A DNA stretch of 64,000 nt. It comes from Actinobacteria bacterium UBA4426. Its GTDB lineage: Bacteria; Actinomycetota; Actinomycetes; S36-B12. The DNA lies in assembly GCA_002390705.1 (NCBI GenBank), contig DGQA01000005.1:52623-116622 (forward strand). The letters are read 5' to 3'. Position 1 is the stretch's first letter. The number at the start of each line of letters is the position of its first letter. Under the pieces are notes generated by a model. The model was not told where the DNA came from. It saw only the letters and a program-made list of their open reading frames with translations, and did no database searches. This document shows, piece by piece, positions 18,444 through 27,421 of the stretch. Position numbers and translations under genes: made by a program.

Positions 18444-19097
18444 ATGGCTTTAACGGCATCCATCGACGAATCAAGTTCGCGCTCGGCACGTCTGCCCAAA
18501 GCCGAACGCCGAGAACAACTTATGGCCGTGGCGCGGTCAGTCTTTGCTGAACAGGGATACCACACCACCAGCATGGAAATAATCGCCGAGACCGCCGGGG
18601 TCTCCAAGCCACTGCTCTACCAGCATTTCCCCAGCAAACTTGATTTGTACTTGGCGCTACTCGACGCTGGTATTGACGAATTACTCGACAAGTCAGATGT
18701 TTCCCTGCGCGACATAACCGATAATAAATTGCGCGTAATCGCTACCGTACAAACCTACTTTGAGTTTGTCGACGACCCCCAAGACGCCTATCGGCTCGTT
18801 TTCGAATCTGACCTCACCAACGAACCTGAAGTGCGGGCCCGCCTTGAGCGCCTGGAGCGGGAAGTAATCAAGCGGATTGCTGCAGTCATCAAACAGGACA
18901 CCGGCTTAAGTGAAACTCAAGCAACCCTGCTGGGAGCCGGGCTACACGGTATGGCCCAAGTTGCGGCCACCAATTGGTTGCGGGATCCTTCCCTTCCCAG
19001 AAGCGACGCAGCCGAACTCGTGTCACTTCTCTCATGGCGCGGAATCAGCGGATTCCCGCTCTCGCACCCACCGACCAGCCCACCCTCAGCGCAGTAA
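18444..19097 (+). CDS. TetR family transcriptional regulator
   Basis: It has an N-terminal HTH (RREQLMAVARSVFAEQGYHTTSMEIIAETAGVSKPLLYQHFPSK). It is divergent from the hydrolase gene. Confidence 0.85.
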   Translation: MALTASIDESSSRSARLPKAERREQLMAVARSVFAEQGYHTTSMEIIAETAGVSKPLLYQHFPSKLDLYLALLDAGIDELLDKSDVSLRDITDNKLRVIATVQTYFEFVDDPQDAYRLVFESDLTNEPEVRARLERLEREVIKRIAAVIKQDTGLSETQATLLGAGLHGMAQVAATNWLRDPSLPRSDAAELVSLLSWRGISGFPLSHPPTSPPSAQ

Positions 19098-19128
19098 CAC
19101 AATTACAAAGCAACCGGAAGGACGAATT

Positions 19129-19350
19129 ATGGACATCACAATTGGAGTGCAGCACATTGCACGAGATATCTCACTTGAAACAGAGGAAAGCGCCGAGGCG
19201 ATTTCGCAGAAAGTCACGGAAACAATTGCCGCGGACGGAATGCTTCACTTGACCGACACTAAGGGTCGGATTGTTCTGGTTCCGGCTAGCAAAATTGCCT
19301 ACGTCGAACTAGGACCTGCGACGGGCCGTCGCGTTGGGTTTGGTAAATAG
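19129..19350 (+). CDS. DUF3107 domain protein
   Basis: The 73-aa sequence MDITIGVQHIARDISLE...AYVELGP matches this conserved actinobacterial family. It is usually found next to the DEAD-box helicase. Confidence 0.8.
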   Translation: MDITIGVQHIARDISLETEESAEAISQKVTETIAADGMLHLTDTKGRIVLVPASKIAYVELGPATGRRVGFGK

Positions 19351-19353
19351 CGT

Positions 19354-20049
19354 CTAGGCTGCTAAACCGAGATCGGCCATGCGCCGAGAGTGGTTATCCG
19401 TTAATCGCGCCAGCATTCGACCGATTTCCGCGAGATCAGCTCCTGGCCGATCGACTCCGCCAATAATTAGTGCTGCCAGCGCATCCCGTTCAGCGGCCAC
19501 TCTTTGGGCTTGAGATAACGCCTCACCCACAAGTCGTCGCCCCCACAGCGCCAAACGCCCGGCAACTTTCGGGTCTTCCTCTATCGCTGTGCGAATTCGT
19601 TCAACGACGTAGGCTGCCTGTGAAAGGTCATCACACACTTCATGTACCAGTTCGCGAGTTTTGGGATCAACATAAGAAGAAATCTCGCGGTAAAAATCCA
19701 AGCCAATTCCATCACCCACGAAAGCCTTCATTAATCCCTCGAGCCAGTCCGTTGGCTTGGTCTTCATATGAAAGTCCTCCAGTGTCTGCCGAAATGGCTC
19801 CATCGCCATTTCAGGGTCGGCACCGAGTTCAACAAGTCGATTACGCAGCGCCATGAAGTGCCTAAATTCCGCTGTGGCCAATTCGCCTATGGAGGCCTTG
19901 TCGGCGAACGTTGGCGCCAGCACCGAGTCAGCAGCCATCCGCTCAAAAGCGGTCAGTTCACTCACGGCCAGCACTGCAAGGAGGTCAATGACCGCCGCCC
20001 GATATTGGGGATCATCGTCCAAATCCTGATCAATCGACTCCTGAGTCAT
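19354..20049 (-). CDS. Ferritin-like fold protein
   Basis: 231-aa helical protein. Its position beside DUF3107 and the helicase matches the conserved actinobacterial arrangement. Function is unknown. Confidence 0.5.
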   Translation of the reverse strand: MTQESIDQDLDDDPQYRAAVIDLLAVLAVSELTAFERMAADSVLAPTFADKASIGELATAEFRHFMALRNRLVELGADPEMAMEPFRQTLEDFHMKTKPTDWLEGLMKAFVGDGIGLDFYREISSYVDPKTRELVHEVCDDLSQAAYVVERIRTAIEEDPKVAGRLALWGRRLVGEALSQAQRVAAERDALAALIIGGVDRPGADLAEIGRMLARLTDNHSRRMADLGLAA

Positions 20050-20202
20050 AGGGCCGAATCAACTCCGCTCATATCGGGGGATCGCACTTGGCTAGGGCTA
20101 GCCGAGCCCCATAAGGGTATCGGGGTACCATGAAATCAATGAGCCATTCGCTCAGGATCCCCGAAGCGGGCTGATTCCCGCCTCATTAACACTGGAGTTC
20201 CC

Positions 20203-21675
20203 CTGTCAACCACGACCGAAAACCCGCCTGAAAACCAGGCAGAAAACACGCTAGCACCGGCTAAATCATTTGCCGAACTCGGAGCGCACCCCAAAATTGT
20301 TTCCGCGCTTTCAGCTAAGGGCATTGATTTTGCCTTCCCCATCCAAGAAATGTGCATGTCCATGGCCCTTGATGGACGCGACATTATTGGCCAAGCCAAA
20401 ACCGGAACTGGTAAAACATTAGGTTTCGGGGTGCCCTTGCTTCAGCGCATGGAGATCCCTGGTGGATCAACACCACAGGCACTCGTTGTCTGTCCTACCC
20501 GCGAACTCGCATCCCAAGTTGCATCCGATCTCGAAATTGCTGGCAAAGACCTCCACATTCGTGTCTTGGCCGTGTACGGCGGTCGCGCAATTGAACCCCA
20601 GATCGATGCCCTGAAATCCGGAATCGATGTTGTTGTGGGAACCCCTGGGCGGATACTTGACCTTGCCGGTCGTCGCGATCTCAATTTGAGCAGCGTCCGG
20701 GTACTCGTCATGGACGAAGCCGACGAAATGCTCGACATGGGCTTCCTACCTGACGTGGAGCGAATTGTCGCGATGCTCCCCATCAGCCGACAGACCATGT
20801 TGTTTTCGGCCACAATGCCGGGTCAAATTGTCAACCTGGCTCGCCGCTATATGTCACAACCCACGCATATTCGCGCAAGTGATCCCAGCGATGAAAGTGC
20901 GATGGTTGACGCAATTGAGCAGCATGTATGGCGCGCCCACCCAATGGACAAGTTCGAACTGGTTGCCCGAATCATGCAAGCAGATGGTCGTGGGCTCGCC
21001 ATGATCTTCACTCGGACAAAGAGAAAAGCACAAAAAATTTACGATGATCTCACCGAACGCGGCTTCGCTGTAGGAACTGTCCACGGCGATTTAGGCCAAG
21101 GGGCGCGTGAACAAGCCCTGCGTGCATTCCGCGGGGGCAAGATTGACATCCTTGTGGCAACCGATGTGGCGGCTCGAGGCATTGACGTTGATGGTGTGAC
21201 CCACGTAATCAACTTTGAGTGCCCAGAAGATGAAAAGGCCTACTTGCACCGAGTTGGGCGAACAGGTCGAGCAGGTAACTCTGGGGTTGCGGTGACGCTC
21301 GTTGACTGGGAAGACGTTGCCCGATGGCAAATGATTGATCGTGCACTCAAATTGCCGTTCAAGGATCCACTTGAGACCTATTCAACGAGTGAGCATGTGT
21401 ACACCGGTCTTGGCATCCCAGCTGATGCAAGCGGTCGCCTTACAAAGGGTGAGCGCACCCGCGCTGGTCTTGGCGCTGAGAACCTTGAGGACATCGGCGG
21501 GAAGCAACCACAGCAAAAACCGCCCGCTCGCAAATCATCTGGAGGCAGGCCCCCGGCACGGAAACAGTCCACAGCTAAAGCGCCCACGAGCACCTCTGAT
21601 GGCATTACCCCCAAGAACAAGCCAACAGGCAAAACACGCGAACGTCGCCGGACCCGCAGCGGTGACGGAACCTAA
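20203..21675 (+). CDS. DEAD-box ATP-dependent RNA helicase
   Basis: It has the Q-motif (FAELG...FPIQ), motif I AKTGTGKT, DEAD (MDEADEM), SAT and HRVGRTGRAG, plus a basic C-terminal tail. The 5' end is uncertain because no ATG/GTG/TTG occurs upstream of the Q-motif. The start is placed at CTG 20203, 5 nt downstream of GGAG. Confidence 0.85.
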   Translation: MSTTTENPPENQAENTLAPAKSFAELGAHPKIVSALSAKGIDFAFPIQEMCMSMALDGRDIIGQAKTGTGKTLGFGVPLLQRMEIPGGSTPQALVVCPTRELASQVASDLEIAGKDLHIRVLAVYGGRAIEPQIDALKSGIDVVVGTPGRILDLAGRRDLNLSSVRVLVMDEADEMLDMGFLPDVERIVAMLPISRQTMLFSATMPGQIVNLARRYMSQPTHIRASDPSDESAMVDAIEQHVWRAHPMDKFELVARIMQADGRGLAMIFTRTKRKAQKIYDDLTERGFAVGTVHGDLGQGAREQALRAFRGGKIDILVATDVAARGIDVDGVTHVINFECPEDEKAYLHRVGRTGRAGNSGVAVTLVDWEDVARWQMIDRALKLPFKDPLETYSTSEHVYTGLGIPADASGRLTKGERTRAGLGAENLEDIGGKQPQQKPPARKSSGGRPPARKQSTAKAPTSTSDGITPKNKPTGKTRERRRTRSGDGT

Positions 21676-22048
21676 GTTTTCACGCGAGCTTGCTCGCACC
21701 CGCGAGTGTGCGCGCTTGGCGCGGGATTTTCTTGAACTACATGTGCCCACTTCACCTGCAAGAGACTCCCTAGAACTCGTTACATCTGAGTTGGTCACGA
21801 ATGCCTTTACACACGGGATCGGTGAAATTCAGATCACACTTGAATCTGGGCCGCAATCGGAGTGGACTGTCCGCGTGAGTAGCGATTTCGATGCATCAGC
21901 TGGTCCGCCAGATCTGGGTGTTCAAAAAGTTCGTGACACGCTTGCCGAAAACGGGCGGGGTCTCCAGGTTGTTGATGCAGTGAGTTCACATTGGGGATGG
22001 GATATAGCCGGCCCAACCCTGGTTGTGTGGGCAACAATTTCGCAATAA
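21662..22048 (+). CDS. Histidine-kinase-like ATPase (RsbW/SpoIIAB-type anti-sigma-factor-like) protein
   Basis: It has the N-box-like motif SELVTNAFTHG and the G-box-like motif ENGRGLQVVDAVSSHWGW. The start is placed at GTG 21662. The longer track ORF overlaps the helicase C-terminus out of frame. Confidence 0.55.
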   Translation: MTEPKFSRELARTRECARLARDFLELHVPTSPARDSLELVTSELVTNAFTHGIGEIQITLESGPQSEWTVRVSSDFDASAGPPDLGVQKVRDTLAENGRGLQVVDAVSSHWGWDIAGPTLVVWATISQ

Positions 22049-22059
22049 CTAGTGAATAA

Positions 22060-22815
22060 CTAGAGAGTCGTGTAACTCGCCGAAATAAGTAGTGACGAGA
22101 ACAAAACCACCGCGAAGGTGAACCAGCCGAGCCTCGCCACCTTGACACTCGGCAACTCTTCACGAAAAACTCCCATCAAAACCGCGCCTCCAAGGAATCC
22201 CATGGGAATAGCAACCCACAATTCGTTGGGTGGTGGTGCGATAAATGACAACAGGAGCCCCAACGCGAGGGCGGCCGAGAGCACCCACCTATCTTCTCTG
22301 CGGAAATGCTTCGGGTGAGCCCGCACCATACCCCGATCGATCAGAATGAAATGCAAGCTCATAACCAGGGCGAAAAGAACCGCAAAATCGGCACCTATTT
22401 CAATTCGATCGAAATTCGTGTACGCGAAGATAAGGCTAAGCAGCGCATTCATGCCCAGATGGATCCGGTAGAGCTGCTGTGATCCATTTGGTTTCGACTC
22501 GGCTTTAGCATCCAGAAAATAGAACGTGACCAAGCCGATGAGCGCCACAAAGAACAAGGCTGATTGAATAAATAAATCCGGTAATGCTTCGGCCAGCCCA
22601 GCCCGGTCAAATACTTCTTCACCGTCGGCCAATTCCGGCAGCAAATGCACGAATACGTAGGCGATTGCTACCCCGCCGGCAAATGAGGCGATGGCATCCT
22701 GACGACTCGATGTTCGGTTAAGAAGTGCGCTGTTAAGAATGCGGGGGGCGAAAATGTGCGTCATCGAAACAAACGCTGTGAGCCCTATTGCTAAAACCCA
22801 CGTTGTATTCACCAA
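22060..22815 (-). CDS. Polytopic membrane protein (weak ZIP-like features)
   Basis: 251 aa with about 8 hydrophobic segments. The motif FAGGVAIAYVFVHLLPEL resembles a ZIP transporter TM motif. The canonical HNxPEG/HExPQG motifs are not seen. Confidence 0.3.
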   Translation of the reverse strand: MVNTTWVLAIGLTAFVSMTHIFAPRILNSALLNRTSSRQDAIASFAGGVAIAYVFVHLLPELADGEEVFDRAGLAEALPDLFIQSALFFVALIGLVTFYFLDAKAESKPNGSQQLYRIHLGMNALLSLIFAYTNFDRIEIGADFAVLFALVMSLHFILIDRGMVRAHPKHFRREDRWVLSAALALGLLLSFIAPPPNELWVAIPMGFLGGAVLMGVFREELPSVKVARLGWFTFAVVLFSSLLISASYTTL

Positions 22816-22830
22816 CTCATTCTAGTTGCG

Positions 22831-24036
22831 TTAGCTCTTGAGCTTGTATTCCTCCAGCAGCCGGCGCGAAATGATCATCTTTTGAATATCGGCTGTCCCT
22901 TCACCGATCATGAGCATGGGAGCCTCACGGTAAAGACGTTCAATTTCGTATTCCTTTGAGTAACCGTAACCACCGTGAATCCGAAATGAATCCTCAACAA
23001 CTTCCTTGCAGTATTCGCTGGCTAAAAATTTGGCCATGCCGGACTCAAGGTCGTTGCGAGCGCCGCTGTCTTTAAGGCGTGCTGCCATTACCATCATTTG
23101 GTGGGCTGCTTCCACTTTTGTTGCCATATCAGCCAAGCGGAAAGCAACCGCCTGGTGCTCAATAATTGCTTTTCCAAAAGTGACCCGCAGTTGCGCGTAT
23201 TCGATTCCAAGTTCAAATGCGCGGATGGCGACTCCGCAGGCACGGGCCGCCACATTAACGCGCCCCACTTCAACCCCATCCATCATTTGATAGAAGCCCT
23301 TACCCGCTTCTCCACCCAAAAGGTCCTCAGTGGAAAGCTGGAGGTCATCCATGATTAATTCTGTAGTGTCAACGCCCTTGTAACCCATTTTTTCGATCTT
23401 GCCGGGAATATTAAGCCCGGGCCGTACTTCACCGAATCCCTCCGGTTTTTCAACGAGAAAAGTTGACATGCGCTTGTACACACTTGACTCAGCCGGCGCC
23501 GCATCGTCGGTGCGCACTAAAACCGCCACCAGAGTTGAGGAACCGCCGTTAGTCACCCACATTTTCTGGCCGGTAATGGCATAGCCTTCAGCGTTTTTCA
23601 CACCTTTGGAGGTGATCGCTGCTACGTCGGAGCCACAATTGGGCTCACTCATGCTAAACGCGCCGCGCACTTCACCAGTTGCCATGCGGGGCAAATATCT
23701 CTCTTTTTGTTCTTGTGTTCCGTGGTGCATGATCATGTAGGCAACAATGAAGTGAGTATTGATCACTCCACTGACGCTCATCCAACCGCGGGCAATTTCT
23801 TCCACTACGAGAACATAGGTAAGTAAAGACTCACCCAAGCCGCCATACTCCTCAGGAATCATGAGTCCAAATACCCCGAGTTCCTTTAATCCATCAACGA
23901 TTGCCTGCGGATATTCATCATTATGCTCAAGTTCGTTGGCAACCGGAAGAATCTCATTATTTACGAAGTCGCGAACCGCACTCAGGATTTCAGTCTGAAT
24001 GTCGGTCATTCCTTCGGTATAAGCCAAGCGTGTCAT
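22831..24036 (-). CDS. Acyl-CoA dehydrogenase
   Basis: 401 aa. It shows the ACAD N-terminal, middle and C-terminal pattern, including the catalytic-region motif IGEGTADIQ at the C-terminus. AGGGGA precedes the ATG. Confidence 0.85.
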   Translation of the reverse strand: MTRLAYTEGMTDIQTEILSAVRDFVNNEILPVANELEHNDEYPQAIVDGLKELGVFGLMIPEEYGGLGESLLTYVLVVEEIARGWMSVSGVINTHFIVAYMIMHHGTQEQKERYLPRMATGEVRGAFSMSEPNCGSDVAAITSKGVKNAEGYAITGQKMWVTNGGSSTLVAVLVRTDDAAPAESSVYKRMSTFLVEKPEGFGEVRPGLNIPGKIEKMGYKGVDTTELIMDDLQLSTEDLLGGEAGKGFYQMMDGVEVGRVNVAARACGVAIRAFELGIEYAQLRVTFGKAIIEHQAVAFRLADMATKVEAAHQMMVMAARLKDSGARNDLESGMAKFLASEYCKEVVEDSFRIHGGYGYSKEYEIERLYREAPMLMIGEGTADIQKMIISRRLLEEYKLKS

Positions 24037-24062
24037 GTTTTCCCCTATTCAGATTATTTTGC

Positions 24063-25028
24063 TTACTCAGGTACTACGAATTGTTGGGTGCGAGTCAATC
24101 CGGCTGCCCGGCCTTTGGCTGCCATAACCAAAGCCATTTTGCGTGAAGCTTCGTCGATCATTTCGTCTCCCAACATTGCCGCGCCTTTTGCGCCACCACT
24201 TGCCGAGGTGAAGTAGCCATATGCATCCAGGATCATTTCTGCGTGATCGTAATCTTCTTGGTCCGGTGAATAGATTTCGTTTGCAGCCTCAACCTGACCG
24301 GGGTGAAGTGCCCACTTGCCATCAAAACCAAGTGCCGCTGAGCGCCCCGCAACCCGACGGAACCCCTCCACGTCTTTTATCTGCAGGTAGGGGCCATCAA
24401 TTGCCTGTTTGTTGTAGGCACGCGCCGCCATGAGGATCCGCATCAAGATGTAATGGTAAGCGTCCCCAGTGTCGTATCCGGGGGGCTGCTCGCCAACCAC
24501 GAGCGACTTCATATTAATGCTCGCCATAAAGTCGGCCGGTCCAAAGATGATCGTTTCTACTCGTGGACTCGCCTGAGCAATTGCATCAACGTTGATCAGC
24601 CCGAGTGCATTTTCAATTTGAGCCTCGATACCAATACGGCCCACCTCGAGACCATTTGATTTCTCCAATTGGGTAAGGAGCAGATCCAAAGCAATTATTT
24701 GGTCAGCGGTCTGCGCTTTGGGCAACATTATTGCATCAAGATTCGCACCGGCTCCCTCAACAACTTCAATAACGTCGGAATATGTCCATTGGGTGGTCCA
24801 GTCGTTCACACGAACCGCCCGGATTTTTCCCTCGTATCCACCTTCGTTGAGGGCCGCGACAATGTTCTTGCGGGCCTGCGGTTTAGCAAGTGGAGCAACC
24901 GCATCTTCAATATCCATGAACACTTGGTCAACCGGCAGGGTTCGAGCCTTGTCTAACATTTTCACGCTACTACCCGGGACGGCCAGGTTTGAGCGGCGGG
25001 GACGCAGTTCTCGTGCAGTGATGGACAT
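24063..25028 (-). CDS. HpcH/HpaI aldolase / citrate-lyase beta (CitE)-like CoA-ester lyase
   Basis: 321 aa. It has RRSNLAVPG and DIEDAVAP motifs typical of CitE/malyl-CoA lyase-like enzymes. Confidence 0.75.
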   Translation of the reverse strand: MSITARELRPRRSNLAVPGSSVKMLDKARTLPVDQVFMDIEDAVAPLAKPQARKNIVAALNEGGYEGKIRAVRVNDWTTQWTYSDVIEVVEGAGANLDAIMLPKAQTADQIIALDLLLTQLEKSNGLEVGRIGIEAQIENALGLINVDAIAQASPRVETIIFGPADFMASINMKSLVVGEQPPGYDTGDAYHYILMRILMAARAYNKQAIDGPYLQIKDVEGFRRVAGRSAALGFDGKWALHPGQVEAANEIYSPDQEDYDHAEMILDAYGYFTSASGGAKGAAMLGDEMIDEASRKMALVMAAKGRAAGLTRTQQFVVPE

Positions 25029-25079
25029 GCCATTATATTAGCGAGGCATTTTTCCTCTCGCCCGCGGAAAGCCCCATCG

Positions 25080-26351
25080 GTGACGGTCACACCTATGCTG
25101 TGGTGGGTGTCCAGTCCTGAACTCGGCCGATCCGCCCTTCGGCGGGCCCGCGGGGTCACCATCTACCTTTTCTTTTTCAACGGGATTGCCCTGAGCACTT
25201 TGACCCCTCGCTTGGCCGATCTGCAGGGCAAGCTGAATATGTCAGATTTGGCCCTTGGTCTCGTCCTCAGCGCGGGGGCAGCCGGTGGTTTGTTTTTTGG
25301 CCCATTTGCAGCCATAGGGATGCGTCGATTTGGAAGTGGCCGGTTTTCCATCATCGCACTGGTATTCCTACTACCGCTATTGCCCCTTATGGGCTTGGCC
25401 CCGAGCGTTTTCATTCTGGGCCTGGTTATTTTCGCAATCGGGGCCGTTGACTCGGTACTTGATGCGGCCCAAAATGCCCACGGCCTCAACGTTCAAAAGC
25501 TGTATCGACGCTCGATCATTAATAATATGCATGCTTTTTGGGCTTTGGGGACGGTCGTAGGCGCGTTGATCGGAGCAATCACTCTTGCTCTGAACATCTC
25601 ACTCACTTGGACACTGTCTTTTGTTGCGGCCTTGGGGCTACTCGGCGCATCGGCCACTTTCCGCTGGGTGCTGCCCAAGAACTGGAACAGTGATAGCGGC
25701 AATGTGGATCTGACCCGCGAAATCCACGCCGAACACTTACGCTCAATTGATCCTGGTGCAATTGCCCCGGCGACATCAGCTACTCGATTTGGCATCAGTG
25801 TCCTTCCTCTTGTGCTCACTGCGATTGGGGCACTGACCGTTCTCGCCATCATCGTTGAAGAAGTGCCACAACGTTGGTCATCGATTTACTTCACTGACCT
25901 CGGAGTTGATCCGAGTCGAGTTGGTCTTGGTGTAGTCGCCTTCACCATTTCCCTGACCATTGGACGATTCATTGGTGATATTTTTGTGAATCGCTTCGGC
26001 GAGCGGCTCGTTGCACAAGTCAGCATGGGTATCACCGCTGTAGCGCTTGCCTGCGCACTTGTCGCCGGAAGTTTTTATGCCTACATCGGCGCATGCATTG
26101 TCATTGGACTCGGCGTTGCTACTCTTTTTCCCGCTGCCATGCACGCGGCTACTTTTGTCAAAGGCACCAGTGCCGAAACCGCAATCACTGTCGTTAGCTG
26201 GATTTCTCGCGCCGGATTCGTATTCGCACCATTCATGGTGGGCCTTATTGCCGAACAAGTGGGTGTGAGCTGGGGAATTTCAATTGCCGTCGTTGCAGCA
26301 TTGATTTTGATTCCACTTTCGCGGATATTGCGAGCCAAAACGGAACACTAA
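25080..26351 (+). CDS. MFS transporter
   Basis: 423 aa with about 12 TM segments. It has the MFS loop motif GMRRFGSGR. The start (GTG 25080) is uncertain. Confidence 0.7.
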   Translation: MTVTPMLWWVSSPELGRSALRRARGVTIYLFFFNGIALSTLTPRLADLQGKLNMSDLALGLVLSAGAAGGLFFGPFAAIGMRRFGSGRFSIIALVFLLPLLPLMGLAPSVFILGLVIFAIGAVDSVLDAAQNAHGLNVQKLYRRSIINNMHAFWALGTVVGALIGAITLALNISLTWTLSFVAALGLLGASATFRWVLPKNWNSDSGNVDLTREIHAEHLRSIDPGAIAPATSATRFGISVLPLVLTAIGALTVLAIIVEEVPQRWSSIYFTDLGVDPSRVGLGVVAFTISLTIGRFIGDIFVNRFGERLVAQVSMGITAVALACALVAGSFYAYIGACIVIGLGVATLFPAAMHAATFVKGTSAETAITVVSWISRAGFVFAPFMVGLIAEQVGVSWGISIAVVAALILIPLSRILRAKTEH

Positions 26352-26360
26352 TCACACCTT

Positions 26361-27353
26361 TTAGATCGGCGAAGTCTCCATCGGAGTTTCGCTCTTCGGG
26401 TTTGACTTGATCACGAGAATCACCCCGGCCAGAATTAATGCGGCGGCAGGATAAATCGCAGCCGGTGGGGCTTGACCGAGCCAAATGGCTGCGACGAGAG
26501 CCGCACCAGGCATCTCAAATAAAATCGCAAGTGAAACGAACGTGGCAGAAGAACGAGCTAATACCTTGTTCATTAATGTATGGCCGAGTAGTTGCGCTCC
26601 CAAAGTAATCCCAAGGATCATCAGCCATGCCTCAGGGTCAAACCCTATTAACTCCTGTTCGAACACGAACACCAGTGGCAAGATTGTGAGTGCTGCAACC
26701 GCATAAAGCGGAAACGTCATAGTTGCCGTTGGCACACTCTTTCGCACCTCCGCCCCAACCGACATGTACGCCGCAGCGAAAATTGCGCCGGCTAGCGCTA
26801 ATGCATCACCAATCAAATGATTGGCGTCCATCCGGATATCGACCCCGGTCAACACCAAGACTCCACCGAGTGCAATCCAAATCCCGACCCATGATCCGCG
26901 GCTAATTCGGACGCCGCGAGCTCGGGCAATGAATGCCGCCCAGATTGGTTGGGTGGAAACCAGAGCCGTCGAGGCGGCTACGGAGGTAAACACCAAAGAC
27001 GGAATCCAGGTCGCAAAATGCAGACCCAAAAAAAATCCTGAGACCGCGGTCAGGCGCCACTCTCTGCTGGTTAGGCGTCGGAGGGATTTTCGATCTTTAA
27101 GCCCCACCCACACCCCGGTAAGGCCGCTGCCAATCAGGCAGCGCCAAAATGCGATTGCTAAGACCGGGGCTGCGGTAGCGGCGATAACCGGTCCGCTCAG
27201 AGCGATGAAAAAAATGGCTACCGCGAGGGAAATTAGGTCTCCTACAGGAGGCAGGCCAAGATTCACTGATCCTGATCCTGAACCTGATCCTGGACCCGAT
27301 CCTGAACCTGATCCCTTGTGCGCCTCTGAACTCACGGGTGAAGCAAACACCAT
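26361..27353 (-). CDS. EamA/DMT family transporter with an N-terminal (Gly-Ser)n tract
   Basis: It has 10 TM segments in two EamA-like halves. The start is taken at MVFASP (27353). The track ORF extends to 27548, across the divergent neighbouring gene. Confidence 0.7.
   Translation of the reverse strand: MVFASPVSSEAHKGSGSGSGPGSGSGSGSVNLGLPPVGDLISLAVAIFFIALSGPVIAATAAPVLAIAFWRCLIGSGLTGVWVGLKDRKSLRRLTSREWRLTAVSGFFLGLHFATWIPSLVFTSVAASTALVSTQPIWAAFIARARGVRISRGSWVGIWIALGGVLVLTGVDIRMDANHLIGDALALAGAIFAAAYMSVGAEVRKSVPTATMTFPLYAVAALTILPLVFVFEQELIGFDPEAWLMILGITLGAQLLGHTLMNKVLARSSATFVSLAILFEMPGAALVAAIWLGQAPPAAIYPAAALILAGVILVIKSNPKSETPMETSPI
27268..27315 (-). repeat. Hexanucleotide microsatellite encoding GSGSGSGPGSGSGSGS
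   Basis: Eight tandem 6-nt units of the form gatcct/gaacct/ggaccc lie inside the 5' end of the EamA gene. Confidence 0.85.
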
Positions 27354-27421
27354 TGACCCTCGTCCCCCGTCATCAGCCTGACATGCTTTTCTGGGAACCC
27401 GTGAAGGGGTACCCTTCACCG

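Noticed and set aside
21335-21661. The N-terminal 109 aa of the 237-aa track ORF, overlapping the DEAD-box helicase C-terminus in another frame.
   Set aside because: This part is Pro/Arg/Ala-rich with no motif and lies wholly inside the helicase tail. The recognisable ATPase domain begins after the GTG at 21662.
22831-25028. The acyl-CoA dehydrogenase plus CitE-like lyase pair, considered as a novel pathway.
   Set aside because: This is a common pairing in acyl-CoA/organic-acid catabolism. Nothing in the sequence distinguishes it from ordinary metabolic genes.
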